Source: Crocosphaera subtropica ATCC 51142
GTDB taxonomy: Bacteria > Cyanobacteriota > Cyanobacteriia > Cyanobacteriales > Microcystaceae
Reading direction: 5' to 3'
Length of the DNA stretch: 32,000 nucleotides
Assembly: GCF_000017845.1 (NCBI RefSeq)
Contig: NC_010546.1
Span: forward strand, 4,470,001 to 4,502,000
Shown here one piece after another: positions 16,380-26,453 of the stretch (position 1 is the first letter of the stretch; each line of letters begins with the position of its first letter). The notes beneath the pieces were generated by a model. It did no database searches. It was given only the letters and a program-made list of their open reading frames with translations, and had not been told where the DNA came from. The position numbers and the translations under genes are program-made.

Positions 16380-16675
16380 AAATAAATAACTTCTGAAAGA
16401 ATTTGTTCACCAATTTTAGGTTTTAGACTATCTTTCATGACTAAATCAACTTGAACCCCTAATAAATCACTAAGATAATTTTCTAGACGACAAAAAGTTA
16501 ATAAACCAAAGTGATATTCTGATTCAAATTCAACCAAAATATCAAGATCGCTGTTTGGTGTTTCTTCTCCTCTGACATAAGAACCAAAGATTCCCAATGT
16601 TTTAATATGATATTGTTTTTTTAAATATGAAACTTGTTCTCTTAAGCGAGTTTTTATTTTTTCTATCTTAGTCAT
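16376..16675 (-). CDS. mntA: MntA-type minimal nucleotidyltransferase antitoxin
   Basis: It is 99 aa with the GIFGSYVRGEETPNSDLDILVEF motif (GSxxRG...DxD). Confidence 0.8.
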   Translation of the reverse strand: MTKIEKIKTRLREQVSYLKKQYHIKTLGIFGSYVRGEETPNSDLDILVEFESEYHFGLLTFCRLENYLSDLLGVQVDLVMKDSLKPKIGEQILSEVIYL

Positions 16676-16819
16676 TGAATTCTATCCTTTAACTACGACA
16701 CTATTATTTGCATACTTTTTATACTTTTGTATTATATTCCCAAACAGTTCTTGATTTAATGGCAATTATAGAAATAATTTAAAGATTTCTTGCTGTTGCG
16801 TTTAGGGAAAAACCTTGTA

Positions 16820-17968
16820 ATGATACAATTCATAAGACCTAAAACAGCATCAGGTAAGACTATCGTGGTTCAATTATCCGCTTCACCCCCTCAAACTCCC
16901 CCACCTACAGACACCAACGCCTTAAAAAACTGGTTAGAGATTTTATCCCAACGTATTATAAACGGCGATCGCCTCACTAAAACAGAAGCCTTAACCCTCA
17001 CCCAAATAGACGGCCAAGATAACATCTTATTACTGTGTGAAGCAGCCGATCGCATCCGTCAAGCTTGTTGTGGTAACGTAGTAGACTTGTGTAGCATTAT
17101 CAACGTAAAATCCGGCAACTGCTCAGAAAATTGCCAATTTTGCTCCCAGTCTGTCCACCACCAAGGGGAAAATAGTCCTATCTATGGCTTAAAATCTTCT
17201 GAAGAAATTCTCGCCCAAGCTAAAGCAGCCGAAGTAGCCGGGGCAAAACGTTTCTGTTTAGTCAGTCAAGGAAGAGGACCGAAATATAATAGTCCCCAAT
17301 CAGGAGAATTTGAGAAAATACTAGAAACAGTAAGACAGATTACTACCGAAACCAATATTAAGCCCTGTTGCGCCCTCGGAGAAGTGACTCTCGAACAAGC
17401 AGAAGCATTAAAAGAAGCTGGTGTCACTCGCTACAACCATAATTTAGAAGCCTCCGAAAACTATTATCAATCCATCGTTTCTACCCATTCCTGGGGCGAT
17501 CGCGTCGAAACCGTTAAAAACCTCAAAAAAGCAGGAATTCAAGCCTGTACGGGTGGAATAATGGGCATGGGAGAGACGTGGGAGGATAGGGTTGACCTCG
17601 CCATCTCCTTACGAGAATTAGAAGTAGATTCCGTTCCCATCAACCTCCTCAACCCAAGAGAAGGAACCCCTTTAGGCCATTTACCGAAACTGGATGTATT
17701 TGATGCCTTAAAAGCGATCGCTATTTTCCGTTTTCTTCTCCCTGAGCAAATTCTACGGTACGCTGGCGGACGGGAGGCTGTCATGGGAGAATTACAAAGT
17801 TTAGGGTTAAAATCAGGAATTAATGCTATGCTGATTGGACATTACCTAACGACCCTGGGGCAACCCCCAGAAAACGATCACGCCATGCTAGAATCTTTAG
17901 GACTGCAAGGGGGTGAAGCTCCAATACCCGGTGAATATAAAAAGAAAACCCAAAAAAAAGCTCACTAA
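16820..17968 (+). CDS. bioB: biotin synthase BioB
   Basis: It has a radical-SAM CSENCQFCSQ motif, YNHNLE and GGIMGMGE blocks, and a cyanobacterial-type N-terminal extension. The start is uncertain: ATG 16820 versus TTG 16790. Confidence 0.85.
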   Translation: MIQFIRPKTASGKTIVVQLSASPPQTPPPTDTNALKNWLEILSQRIINGDRLTKTEALTLTQIDGQDNILLLCEAADRIRQACCGNVVDLCSIINVKSGNCSENCQFCSQSVHHQGENSPIYGLKSSEEILAQAKAAEVAGAKRFCLVSQGRGPKYNSPQSGEFEKILETVRQITTETNIKPCCALGEVTLEQAEALKEAGVTRYNHNLEASENYYQSIVSTHSWGDRVETVKNLKKAGIQACTGGIMGMGETWEDRVDLAISLRELEVDSVPINLLNPREGTPLGHLPKLDVFDALKAIAIFRFLLPEQILRYAGGREAVMGELQSLGLKSGINAMLIGHYLTTLGQPPENDHAMLESLGLQGGEAPIPGEYKKKTQKKAH

Positions 17969-18575
17969 TACAACAAAATCCTCATCAACGGTGTCTTTTG
18001 CCAATGAACTGCTTTGGGCGATAATCGGCTTATTACTAACTATATTCAGCACCTTTGTTGAAGCTTTCGTCACGAATATGCCCTGGACTTGGACTGAACA
18101 AGGGGTCAATAGTATGCCCCTTGGGGTCACGTTTCAAGTGGGGGCTGTCCTGCTAACCGGCTGTATGGGCGGAAAAAACGCAGGTTTCTTAGCTCAAGTG
18201 GCTTATGTGTTCTTGGGTTTATTTTGGTATCCCGTTTTTGCTCAAGGGGGTGGCTTACAATACTGGCAACAACCGAGTTTTGGTTATATTTTAGGGTTTA
18301 TGCCGGGGGCTTGGTTGTGTGGTTGGTTGGCATTTCAGAGAAGAACAAAGTTAGAAGTATTAGGAATTAGTGCTGCTGCTGGTTTATTAATCATTCATGG
18401 TTGTGGCTTAATTTATTTATTAGGACTCTTCTTTCTCAGCCCTGCTAACTTACCCTCAGATAATCTTTTTGACCTTATTATTAATTATTCCGTTGAGCCT
18501 ATTCCTGGGCAATTAGTGGTGGTTTGTGTTGTGGCTGTTATTGCGTTTATTTTGCGTCATATTCTCTTTTATTAA
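17913..18575 (+). CDS. bioY: biotin transporter BioY-like membrane protein
   Basis: It is multi-TM with TFQVGAVLLTGCMGG...YPVFAQGGGL...QPSFGYILGF resembling the BioY core. ATG 17913 overlaps bioB by 56 nt. GTG 17991 is an alternative non-overlapping start. Confidence 0.6.
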   Translation: MKLQYPVNIKRKPKKKLTNTTKSSSTVSFANELLWAIIGLLLTIFSTFVEAFVTNMPWTWTEQGVNSMPLGVTFQVGAVLLTGCMGGKNAGFLAQVAYVFLGLFWYPVFAQGGGLQYWQQPSFGYILGFMPGAWLCGWLAFQRRTKLEVLGISAAAGLLIIHGCGLIYLLGLFFLSPANLPSDNLFDLIINYSVEPIPGQLVVVCVVAVIAFILRHILFY

Positions 18576-18583
18576 TTAGATTC

Positions 18584-19054
18584 GTGAAAAAAAATCGTTG
18601 GTTTTGGATAGTCGGTATTATCGGTTTTATTATAGATCAAGTGACTAAATATTGGGTGGTGCAAACCTTTCCTACCATTGGTGATACCATACCGTTATGG
18701 TCAGGGGTTTTTCACTTTACTTATGTCATTAATACAGGGGCTGCATTCAGCTTTTTTGAAGGGGGGGCTAAATGGTTACGTTGGCTTTCTTTGGGGGTGA
18801 GTTTAGGGTTAATGGCGTTAGCTTGGTGGGGAGAAAAAATGAAAGTAACAGAACAATTAGGCTATGGGTTTATTTTATCTGGTGCATTAGGCAATGGATT
18901 AGATCGTTTTTTATTTGGCTATGTGGTAGATTTTTTAGATTTTCGTTTAATTAATTTTCCTGTGTTTAATTTAGCCGATGTTTTTATTAATATTGGCATT
19001 TTACTTTTATTAATAGCTAGTTTGGGATCTCAATCTTCTGGGAAAGTCTCTTAG
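18584..19054 (+). CDS. lspA: lipoprotein signal peptidase II LspA
   Basis: It has DQVTKYWV, NTGAAFSF, GNGLDR and FNLADVFI motifs. GTG 18584 gives the typical MKKNRW N-terminus, whereas the track start at 18524 overlaps bioY. Confidence 0.85.
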   Translation: MKKNRWFWIVGIIGFIIDQVTKYWVVQTFPTIGDTIPLWSGVFHFTYVINTGAAFSFFEGGAKWLRWLSLGVSLGLMALAWWGEKMKVTEQLGYGFILSGALGNGLDRFLFGYVVDFLDFRLINFPVFNLADVFINIGILLLLIASLGSQSSGKVS

Positions 19055-19150
19055 TAAAGAAGTTCAAATGTAATATTTGCTCTATTCCATGTAAAATGAC
19101 CCTTTCAGCAGTTTTTAGGTCAAATGTACGGGGAAGTTCAGTTATTAAGT

Positions 19151-19171
19151 CAGGTGGGCAATGCCCACCTG
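19151..19171. terminator. perfect hairpin between convergent lspA and glsF
   Basis: caggtgggc-aat-gcccacctg is a 9-bp GC-rich stem. It lies 10 nt beyond the glsF stop and 97 nt beyond the lspA stop. The plus-strand 3' flank is T-rich. Confidence 0.55.
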
Positions 19172-19180
19172 GCAAGTTAA

Positions 19181-22100
19181 TTATTTAGCAGGGGTTAAGG
19201 TTTTTTCCTCAACCATAACAGGGTTAGGGTTTGTTTCAGGACTGTTTGCCTCAGAGGGAGGAACCACTTGCCAGAATTGGCCCACATATTCACCCCAGTT
19301 ATTTAGAATATGTTCAGCTTTTTTACTGCCAGTACGTTCAAAATGAGCCTCAATTAATCCCTTTAATTGTGCTTCTCCTGCTTCGGTACAGATCCGTTGA
19401 ATTTCCACAATTTCGGGGTTAACTTTTTCGGGGAAGTTGTTATCTTCATCCAAGAAATAAGCCAAACCGCCGGTCATACCTGCCCCTACGTTACGGCCAA
19501 CAGAACCGAGAACTACGATCACACCACCGGTCATGTATTCACAACAGTGATCCCCGGCCCCTTCAATAACCGCTTTACCCATAGAGTTACGCACTCCAAA
19601 CCGTTCACCGGCGCGGCCATTGGCGTATAAAACACCGCCAGTTGACCCGTAAAGGCAAGTATTACCGACGATAACGTTGTCTGCTGCCTTATAGGTGGCA
19701 TCTTTGGGAGGAACGATAACCACCTCGCCTCCGTGCATTCCTTTGCACACATAGTCGTTAGCTTCCCCTTCTAGGTACATGATCATACCCGGCAGGTTAA
19801 ACGCGGCAAAACTCTGACCAGCAGCCCCAGTAAAGTTAAATTTTAACTCCCCAGAAAAGCCCGTATTACCGTATTTTTTAGCTAATGTTCCCGAAATACG
19901 CGCCCCAACGGTGCGATCGGTGTTGACAATTTTGACATTTTTTGATACTCTTCCGTGGGTGTTGATGGCAGAACTTACCGCAGCGTCAGCCAATAATTCA
20001 TCATCCAATACAGGCCCATTGCTGTGTACGTCTTCGTGGTTTAACCAACTGCGATCGCTTTTCACATCGGGAAGATTCAGCAGACAGTCCAAGTTAATGG
20101 ACTGAGTTTTAGTTAAATTAGCGTTTTTCCGCATTTTCAGGAGATCAGACCGTCCGATAACCTCATCTAAGGAACGATAGCCTAATTTGGCTAAAATTGA
20201 GCGCACTTCCTCAGCAATAAAATAGAAGAAGTTGACCACATTTTCAGGAACACCGGTGAACCGTTTACGCAACTTTTCTTGTTGCGTTGCCACACCCACA
20301 GGACAGTTATTGGTATGACAGATACGGGCCATAATGCAGCCTTCAGCGATCATGGCAATGGAACCGAAACCGTATTCTTCTGCCCCCATTAAAGCAGCCA
20401 TCATTACGTCCCAACCCGTTTTTAAGCCACCATCAGCCCGTAAAATAACGCGATCTCGCAGTTTATTCTCCATTAACATCCGATGCACTTCTGTTACCCC
20501 CAGTTCCCAGGGACAACCTGCGTGTTTAATAGAACTCAAGGGGGATGCACCGGTACCACCGTCATGACCGGATATTTGGATAATATCGGCGTTAGCTTTA
20601 GCCACACCCGCTGCGATAGTTCCAATGCCAATCTCTGCTACTAATTTAACCGATACCTTGGCAGACGGGTTAATTTGATGTAAGTCAAAGATTAACTGGG
20701 CTAAGTCTTCAATGGAATAGATGTCATGGTGAGGGGGAGGAGAAATGAGGGTCACACCGGGTTTAGAACGGCGTAACATGGCAATATAGGGACTGACTTT
20801 CTTGCCGGGTAACTGTCCTCCTTCTCCTGGTTTTGCCCCTTGGGCCATTTTAATTTCTATTTGTTGACCATTCATCAGGTATTCAGGGGTGACTCCAAAC
20901 CGTCCGGAAGCCACTTGTTTAATGGCAGAACTGGCGGTGTCGCCGTTCCGTAAGCCATTAAGATGGGGAAATGTGGCAGAGTTACCGCTTTCATCCACAT
21001 CAGAAAGGGTTATAAACCGGGTGGGATCTTCCCCTCCTTCTCCAGAGTTGGACTTACCCCCTAAACGGTTCATGGCGATCGCTAAGGTTTCGTGGGCCTC
21101 TCTTGATAAAGCCCCTAGAGACATTCCACCGGTACAAAAGCGTTTAACGATCGCCTCGACGGGTTCCACTTCTTCAACGGGAATAGAGGGTTGATCTCCC
21201 TTAAACTCTAATAAGTCTCGCAGGGCAGTAATCGGCCGTTCTTCGAGGTATTTTTGATAGAGTTCATAATGATCATAAGCCTCTGCATTTGCTCCATTTT
21301 CCCCGATTTTATAGGCTTTAACCGCTTTATGTAGAGATTTAGCCATTTCTGGGGAGTTCATGTGGTATTCTCCCCCTGGACGGTAGTTAATAAAGCCGAA
21401 GTTTTTCAGTTTCTTATCGGTTAAACTGGGGAAGGCACGACTATGAACCGCAATAATTTCTTGAGCGAGTTCTGCGATATTTAACCCCCCCACTCGGCTA
21501 GTGGTTCCTTTAAAGGCCATGTCAACCAACTCCATACCGAGGCCGATGGCTTCAAAGATTTGGGCCCCGTGATAGGATGCTAAGAGGGATATTCCCATTT
21601 TAGAGAGAATTTTTAATAACCCGGCTTCCACTGCATGACGATAGTTTCCTAATGCGTCTTCGAGGGTAATGGTTTCGAGTTTCCCATTGGCCATTAATTT
21701 CTGAGTTTTGGGGTCACTCCACCATTGACGAATGGTTTCTAGGGTGAGATAAGGACAGACCGCAGAAGCCCCATAACCCACTAAACAAGCGAAATGATGG
21801 GTACTCCAACACTGTGCCGTATCTACCACTAAAGAGGTTTCTAGACGTAACCCTTGTGTAATTAAATGATGATGTACGGTTCCCACTGCCAAGAGGGGAG
21901 GAATATAACTGTTTGTCTCGTTAATACTGCCAACCCCTGAGAAGCGATCGCTCAAAATAAGAATTTTTGCTCCTTTTTCTACAGCTTGGGTGGCTTGATT
22001 ACACAGTCTCTCTAAGGCTGCTTTTAACCCGTCTGGACCTGTTTTAATATCAAATAGTGTGGATAACTCTGTGGTATTAAAATCAGAGGTTTTGATCTGT

Positions 22101-23854
22101 TCTAGTTCTGTTTCGTTGAGAACTGGACTTTCTACTTTCAGCAGTTTAGCGTCTTCTGGTTGGGGATCGAGTAAGTTACCTTTTGATCCGAGTAACATCT
22201 CCAACGACATGACCAAACTTTCCCGTAAAGGATCAATGGGAGGGTTGGTAACTTGGGCAAACCTTTGTTTAAAGTAATCGTAGAGTAGGTGAGGTTTATC
22301 GGATAATACCGCTAAAGGAATATCATCCCCCATACAGAAAGTGGGTTCTTTTCCTTGGGTGGCCATGGGAACCACGATCATTTCTACATCTTCTGCGGTG
22401 TAACCGAAAGCGGTTTGTTGTTGTAGGAGTTGGCCTGACTCTGTTAATAAAATCTGATCAGCAAATGCTTGAGGGGTAATGTTTTGACGATGGTGTTGCA
22501 ACCATTCTCCGTAAGGATGGGTTTGGGCAATCCGTTGTTTAATATCCCAATTTTTTAGCACTTCTTGGGTGGTTAAATCAACTGCAATGGTTTGTCCCGG
22601 CCCAAGTCTACCTTTTTCAACAATATCTGCTTCTGGTAAATCTACCACACCAGCTTCTGAACCCACGACCACATAATCATCTTTGGTAATACAATATCTG
22701 GCTGGCCGTAACCCGTTGCGATCCAAACAGGCCCCCACCATCTTACCATCGCTAAAAGCGAGTAACGCAGGACCATCCCAAGGTTCTTGGAAGCCACTAT
22801 AATAGTCATAAAAATCGGTAATTTCGGGATAATCTTTGAGATCCCGCTGATTTTTGTAAGCTTCAGGCACTAAGATCATGGCCGCTTCCAAGGGACTGCG
22901 ACCGGTTCTTACTAATAATTCTAGGGTACTGTCTAAGTTATAGGAGTCACTGTTTGCTGTGTTAACAATGGGGGTTAAGGCTTCAAGTTCTTCTGCTTTC
23001 CAGCCGGGTACGGTTAATTTAACTTCCCTGGTGGCCATGGAGTTAATATTACCGATGAGGGTGTTAATTTCTCCATTATGACCCAATAACCGCATGGGTT
23101 GAGCTAAGGGCCATTTTGGCATAGTGTTGGTACTAAAACGGCGATGATACACCGCAAAGCGACTAATATAGTTGGGATCGTTTAAATCTTGATAAAATTC
23201 TCCTAAGACGGCACTGCGTACCATTCCTTTATACACAAGGGTACGACAACTAAACGAACAAATATAAAAATCATCTGCTAACCGTTTCCCGATCTGCGAT
23301 CGCACGATATATAAGACCCGATCCAGATCATCCCCGGATAACCCTTCACCAGATGTAACCATTATTTGTTCAATATGGGGTTGATTTTCTTTGGCTTGAA
23401 CCCCCAACACATCAGGGTTAACTGGAACTTCACGCCATCCTAAAACCGTTAAGTTGGCCCTTTTGACTACCGTTTCAACGTGCGATCGCTCTTCCTGTCG
23501 CTTGCTGCTATCTTGAGGTAAGAATACCATACCTACCCCTAACTGTTCTACGGGAGGCATGGTTAAGCCGTTTGCTTCAAACCAGTCCCCTAACAACTCA
23601 CGGGGAATCGCTGTCATGATCCCTGATCCATCTCCTGAGTCATTATCGGCACTACAACCGCCCCGATGCTCCATACAGCTTAACGCAGTCAGGGTTTGTT
23701 GGATCAGTTTATGGCTGCCATTTCCTTTCACATCTGCGATAAATCCTACCCCACAAGCGTCTCTTTCTTCTACCAGGGAGGGTATTCCCATGTAAGTTGC
23801 GTTGGGTTGGTTATGGGTATTTTGGGTCATATTCATTATGGTACGCTCATCCAT
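19181..23854 (-). CDS. glsF: ferredoxin-dependent glutamate synthase (Fd-GOGAT)
   Basis: It is about 1557 aa as a single polypeptide. It has a propeptide followed by the Ntn nucleophile CGVGFIA, an FMN/Fe-S central domain, and a C-terminal GXGXG beta-helix domain ([22 protein letters not shown]). The start is ambiguous: ATG 23854, 23836 or 23830, or TTG 23863. Confidence 0.95.
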   Translation of the reverse strand: MDERTIMNMTQNTHNQPNATYMGIPSLVEERDACGVGFIADVKGNGSHKLIQQTLTALSCMEHRGGCSADNDSGDGSGIMTAIPRELLGDWFEANGLTMPPVEQLGVGMVFLPQDSSKRQEERSHVETVVKRANLTVLGWREVPVNPDVLGVQAKENQPHIEQIMVTSGEGLSGDDLDRVLYIVRSQIGKRLADDFYICSFSCRTLVYKGMVRSAVLGEFYQDLNDPNYISRFAVYHRRFSTNTMPKWPLAQPMRLLGHNGEINTLIGNINSMATREVKLTVPGWKAEELEALTPIVNTANSDSYNLDSTLELLVRTGRSPLEAAMILVPEAYKNQRDLKDYPEITDFYDYYSGFQEPWDGPALLAFSDGKMVGACLDRNGLRPARYCITKDDYVVVGSEAGVVDLPEADIVEKGRLGPGQTIAVDLTTQEVLKNWDIKQRIAQTHPYGEWLQHHRQNITPQAFADQILLTESGQLLQQQTAFGYTAEDVEMIVVPMATQGKEPTFCMGDDIPLAVLSDKPHLLYDYFKQRFAQVTNPPIDPLRESLVMSLEMLLGSKGNLLDPQPEDAKLLKVESPVLNETELEQIKTSDFNTTELSTLFDIKTGPDGLKAALERLCNQATQAVEKGAKILILSDRFSGVGSINETNSYIPPLLAVGTVHHHLITQGLRLETSLVVDTAQCWSTHHFACLVGYGASAVCPYLTLETIRQWWSDPKTQKLMANGKLETITLEDALGNYRHAVEAGLLKILSKMGISLLASYHGAQIFEAIGLGMELVDMAFKGTTSRVGGLNIAELAQEIIAVHSRAFPSLTDKKLKNFGFINYRPGGEYHMNSPEMAKSLHKAVKAYKIGENGANAEAYDHYELYQKYLEERPITALRDLLEFKGDQPSIPVEEVEPVEAIVKRFCTGGMSLGALSREAHETLAIAMNRLGGKSNSGEGGEDPTRFITLSDVDESGNSATFPHLNGLRNGDTASSAIKQVASGRFGVTPEYLMNGQQIEIKMAQGAKPGEGGQLPGKKVSPYIAMLRRSKPGVTLISPPPHHDIYSIEDLAQLIFDLHQINPSAKVSVKLVAEIGIGTIAAGVAKANADIIQISGHDGGTGASPLSSIKHAGCPWELGVTEVHRMLMENKLRDRVILRADGGLKTGWDVMMAALMGAEEYGFGSIAMIAEGCIMARICHTNNCPVGVATQQEKLRKRFTGVPENVVNFFYFIAEEVRSILAKLGYRSLDEVIGRSDLLKMRKNANLTKTQSINLDCLLNLPDVKSDRSWLNHEDVHSNGPVLDDELLADAAVSSAINTHGRVSKNVKIVNTDRTVGARISGTLAKKYGNTGFSGELKFNFTGAAGQSFAAFNLPGMIMYLEGEANDYVCKGMHGGEVVIVPPKDATYKAADNVIVGNTCLYGSTGGVLYANGRAGERFGVRNSMGKAVIEGAGDHCCEYMTGGVIVVLGSVGRNVGAGMTGGLAYFLDEDNNFPEKVNPEIVEIQRICTEAGEAQLKGLIEAHFERTGSKKAEHILNNWGEYVGQFWQVVPPSEANSPETNPNPVMVEEKTLTPAK

Positions 23855-24248
23855 ACAAGTCAAAATTTAAGGGTTACGGAGTTGCTTAAGAGAGGGTTAG
23901 TCATTGTGCAACTAAACCATAGCTTAAGGAATGGTTAAGGTATCGATTCGGTCAGAAGGTGTTTGTTTAACCTATGTCTATGGGGGACAAGTATTGAACT
24001 GTTGCTGAATCAACGGGCCTCTACTTCATATCCTATCGAACCTGAGAGTATTTGATCTAGGGTGTTTATTAAGACAATTTATACTACGGATTTCTGATTT
24101 TAACGGATTTTTCGGGATGTTCTTACATTTGCCCGATTTTTTTTAAGATTCGTTTAAGGTTTTCATCAATTATAACTTAGGAGTTTCTACACCTTAACGT
24201 TTGCTCCAAACTTTCAAGAAAAGAGCAGGAAGCAAACATCTTACTAAC

Positions 24249-25799
24249 TTAATGCAGAAAATGACGCATTTTTGTTAATACCATCACTAACCCTAACTCA
24301 TTGGCTGCAGCAATAGAATCCTTATCTCTAAGAGATCCTCCCGGTTGCACGATCGCACTTATGCCAGCAGCCGCAGCAGTGCGTACCGAGTCGTCAAAGG
24401 GGAAGAACCCATCACTGGCAAGGTATCCCCCCTTAGTTGCCTCTCCCGCTTCTTCTAGGGCAATTTTCACCGCACCCACGCGATTCATTTGCCCAGCACC
24501 GATCCCTAAAGTGGTGCGGTTTTTCGTCACTACAATAGCATTGGATTTAACGTGCTTAGCTACTTTCCACGCAAACAATAATTCGGCCAGTTGTTCGGGG
24601 GTGGGTTGTTTTTCTGTAACAATTTCCCAGTTATCAGGCACATCTACGAGATCATCGGAGTCTTGCACCAATAACCCTCCAGCGATCGCTTTAACGGTTT
24701 GTTTGGGTCCTTGGGTTAAATCCGGTAATAAAAGAACTCGGACTTTAGCTTTTTTACTAATAATTTCTTTTGCTTCTTCGGTGCAATCAGGAGCAACAAC
24801 GCATTCTAGGAAGGTTTTAGTTAATTTTTCGGCGGTTTCTCCGTCTAGGGGTTGGTTTAACGCTACAATTCCCCCAAAAGCAGAAATAGAGTCAGCGTTA
24901 AAGGCTTGTTCGTAGGCATCAGCTAAACTATTAGCGACGGCTACCCCACAGGGGTTTGTATGTTTAAGAACGGCTGCTGCTGGTTCTTTGGGGTCAAATT
25001 CAGCAATAATCCGTCTGGCTGCTTCTAAATCCACTAAATTATTGTAACTGAGTTCTTTCCCTTGCAGTTGCGTCGCTGCTGCCCATCCTGTGGCTTGGAT
25101 TCCCCGTTGGTACCATGTGGCACTTTGATGGGGGTTTTCTCCATATCGGAGGGGTTGAAAGGCGGTTCCTGAAATGGTGTAACGACTCGGTAACGTAGTT
25201 GTTTTTTCAGTGGCAAGATTGGCAAAATAATCGGTAATGGCTCCATCATAGGCGTTGGTTAAGGCGAAGGTTTCCCCGGCCATTTTTTGCCGAAAACTTA
25301 AGGAGGTTTCTCCGTTATTATCTTTTAATTCTTGTAGGTAATGATCGTAATCTTTCGGATTAGATAAAACGGTTACATGAGCGAAATTTTTAGCTGAAGC
25401 ACGCAATAAAGTTGGCCCACCAATATCTATTTTTTCAATGGCTTCGGCTACGGTCACATCGGGTTTAGCAATAGTTTCTTCAAAGGGATAAAGATTAACT
25501 ACCACTAAATCAATGGGACGAATATTATTACTGTTCATATCCTCCACATCTTGGGGGATATCTCTACGGGATAAAATACCGCCATGAACGCGAGGATGCA
25601 GGGTTTTTACTCTTCCTCCTAGAATTTCAGGAGAACCCGTATAATCACTAACTTTAGTTACCTTGAGTCCGGCCTCTTGTAGCGTTTTGGCCGTTCCTCC
25701 ACTACTGATTAATTCAAAACCAAATTCATTGACTAATTGACGGGCTAATTCAATAATTCCTGTTTTATCCGATACACTCAGTAGGGCTAACCGTGCCAT
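24249..25799 (-). CDS. purH: bifunctional AICAR formyltransferase / IMP cyclohydrolase PurH
   Basis: It has MARLALLSVSDKTG (MGS-like domain), KTLHPRVHGGIL and the C-terminal AICARFT domain. ATG 25799 is preferred over TTG 25817. Confidence 0.95.
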   Translation of the reverse strand: MARLALLSVSDKTGIIELARQLVNEFGFELISSGGTAKTLQEAGLKVTKVSDYTGSPEILGGRVKTLHPRVHGGILSRRDIPQDVEDMNSNNIRPIDLVVVNLYPFEETIAKPDVTVAEAIEKIDIGGPTLLRASAKNFAHVTVLSNPKDYDHYLQELKDNNGETSLSFRQKMAGETFALTNAYDGAITDYFANLATEKTTTLPSRYTISGTAFQPLRYGENPHQSATWYQRGIQATGWAAATQLQGKELSYNNLVDLEAARRIIAEFDPKEPAAAVLKHTNPCGVAVANSLADAYEQAFNADSISAFGGIVALNQPLDGETAEKLTKTFLECVVAPDCTEEAKEIISKKAKVRVLLLPDLTQGPKQTVKAIAGGLLVQDSDDLVDVPDNWEIVTEKQPTPEQLAELLFAWKVAKHVKSNAIVVTKNRTTLGIGAGQMNRVGAVKIALEEAGEATKGGYLASDGFFPFDDSVRTAAAAGISAIVQPGGSLRDKDSIAAANELGLVMVLTKMRHFLH

Positions 25800-25886
25800 T
25801 GGGCAATTATCTCTCAAGTAAACATCCAGTTAGTCTCATTATCCTATGACTCAGCCTATCCTAAGCTAAAACAAATGTTAATATTA

Positions 25887-25915
25887 GGGGTGTAGTTGCT
25901 CTATCCCTACACCCC
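25887..25915 (-). terminator. candidate terminator downstream of the 72-aa ORF
   Basis: ggggtgtag and ctacacccc form a 9-bp stem with an 11-nt loop. On the minus strand it is followed by an AT-rich, T-containing tail. Confidence 0.45.
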
Positions 25916-25925
25916 ATCGAATTAA

Positions 25926-26144
25926 TTAATCGTTCGTCCACTCTTGGGTTGGAATTAAATCAGCAATAGAATCTCTCAGTAAGAAATCATTTCTTTCTAA
26001 CTCGGTTTCGATGCAACACCATTCCCCTGAAGGAAGATATTGACACAAAGTATAAATTCTTTGTTGTTTATCCACCTTCCCTTGTTCTACGAGATGGCGT
26101 GCTTCTTCTTTAATGTCCTCTATGGTGTATCTTGTCATTAACAT
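25926..26144 (-). CDS. small hypothetical protein
   Basis: It is a 72-aa ORF with host-like codon usage and a downstream hairpin. I recognised no motif. Confidence 0.4.
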   Translation of the reverse strand: MLMTRYTIEDIKEEARHLVEQGKVDKQQRIYTLCQYLPSGEWCCIETELERNDFLLRDSIADLIPTQEWTND

Positions 26145-26410
26145 AATTCAGTCCCTCCTTGCGCGTTAACTCTAATTGTGTTTAAATTTTGGTTAAATAA
26201 ACTTGTAAAAAGAAAATAAATAAGTAGACAGCATACGAAATTGACCAGTTCAGATTACTGGCTTCATCTGACTGCGGTAAGTATTTGCCCCTATTCATAT
26301 TGTAGCTATTGTAACATTCTAGTAGGGGTAAAAATATTAAGAGTTAATTAAAGTTAAATTAACCTGACAAAAGTTAAGGTCTAAAATAAGTGTCATTGAT
26401 AATTATCATT

Positions 26411-26429
26411 AACAATCATTATCATTATC
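26411..26429 (-). promoter_or_regulatory. Fur-box-like site upstream of maeB
   Basis: The reverse complement gataatgataatgattgtt matches the classical GATAATGATAATCATTATC at 16/19 positions. It lies within an ATCATTA-repeat tract (26391-26434) that also holds the 12-bp palindrome TGATAATTATCA at 26397-26408. Confidence 0.4.
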
Positions 26430-26453
26430 GATGATTTTTTGGGAGTCACTAAA

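Noticed and set aside
49-16757. The 11-mer cagttcttgat is shared between 49-59 and 16746-16756.
   Set aside because: Many 11-mer coincidences are expected by chance in 32 kb, and the flanks do not align.
10511-18954. Short embedded ORFs at 10511-10750, 16134-16325, 17539-17784, 17897-18130 and 18772-18954.
   Set aside because: Each lies inside a well-supported gene on the opposite strand or in another frame.
19231-23938. Many 60-101-aa plus-strand ORFs lie inside or overlap glsF (19231, 19367, 19911, 20334, 20889, 22059, 23559, 23696), plus the out-of-frame same-strand ORF at 19531-19752.
   Set aside because: All are embedded in the strongly supported 1557-aa glutamate synthase gene, mostly antisense to it. 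They are Pro/Ser/Arg-rich shadow frames with no motifs.
24030-24055. A tRNA T-arm-like string (minus strand caggttcgatagg).
   Set aside because: No acceptor stem, anticodon arm or D-arm can be built around it. I found no tRNA, rRNA, tmRNA or RNase P-like sequence in the window.
24301-24915. A 204-aa plus-strand ORF lies inside purH, and a 71-aa out-of-frame minus-strand ORF lies at 25034-25249.
   Set aside because: The first is an antisense shadow ORF of a highly conserved gene. Its low-complexity Ala/Ser/Pro/Thr composition is typical of reverse-frame translation. The second is an alternative frame of purH.
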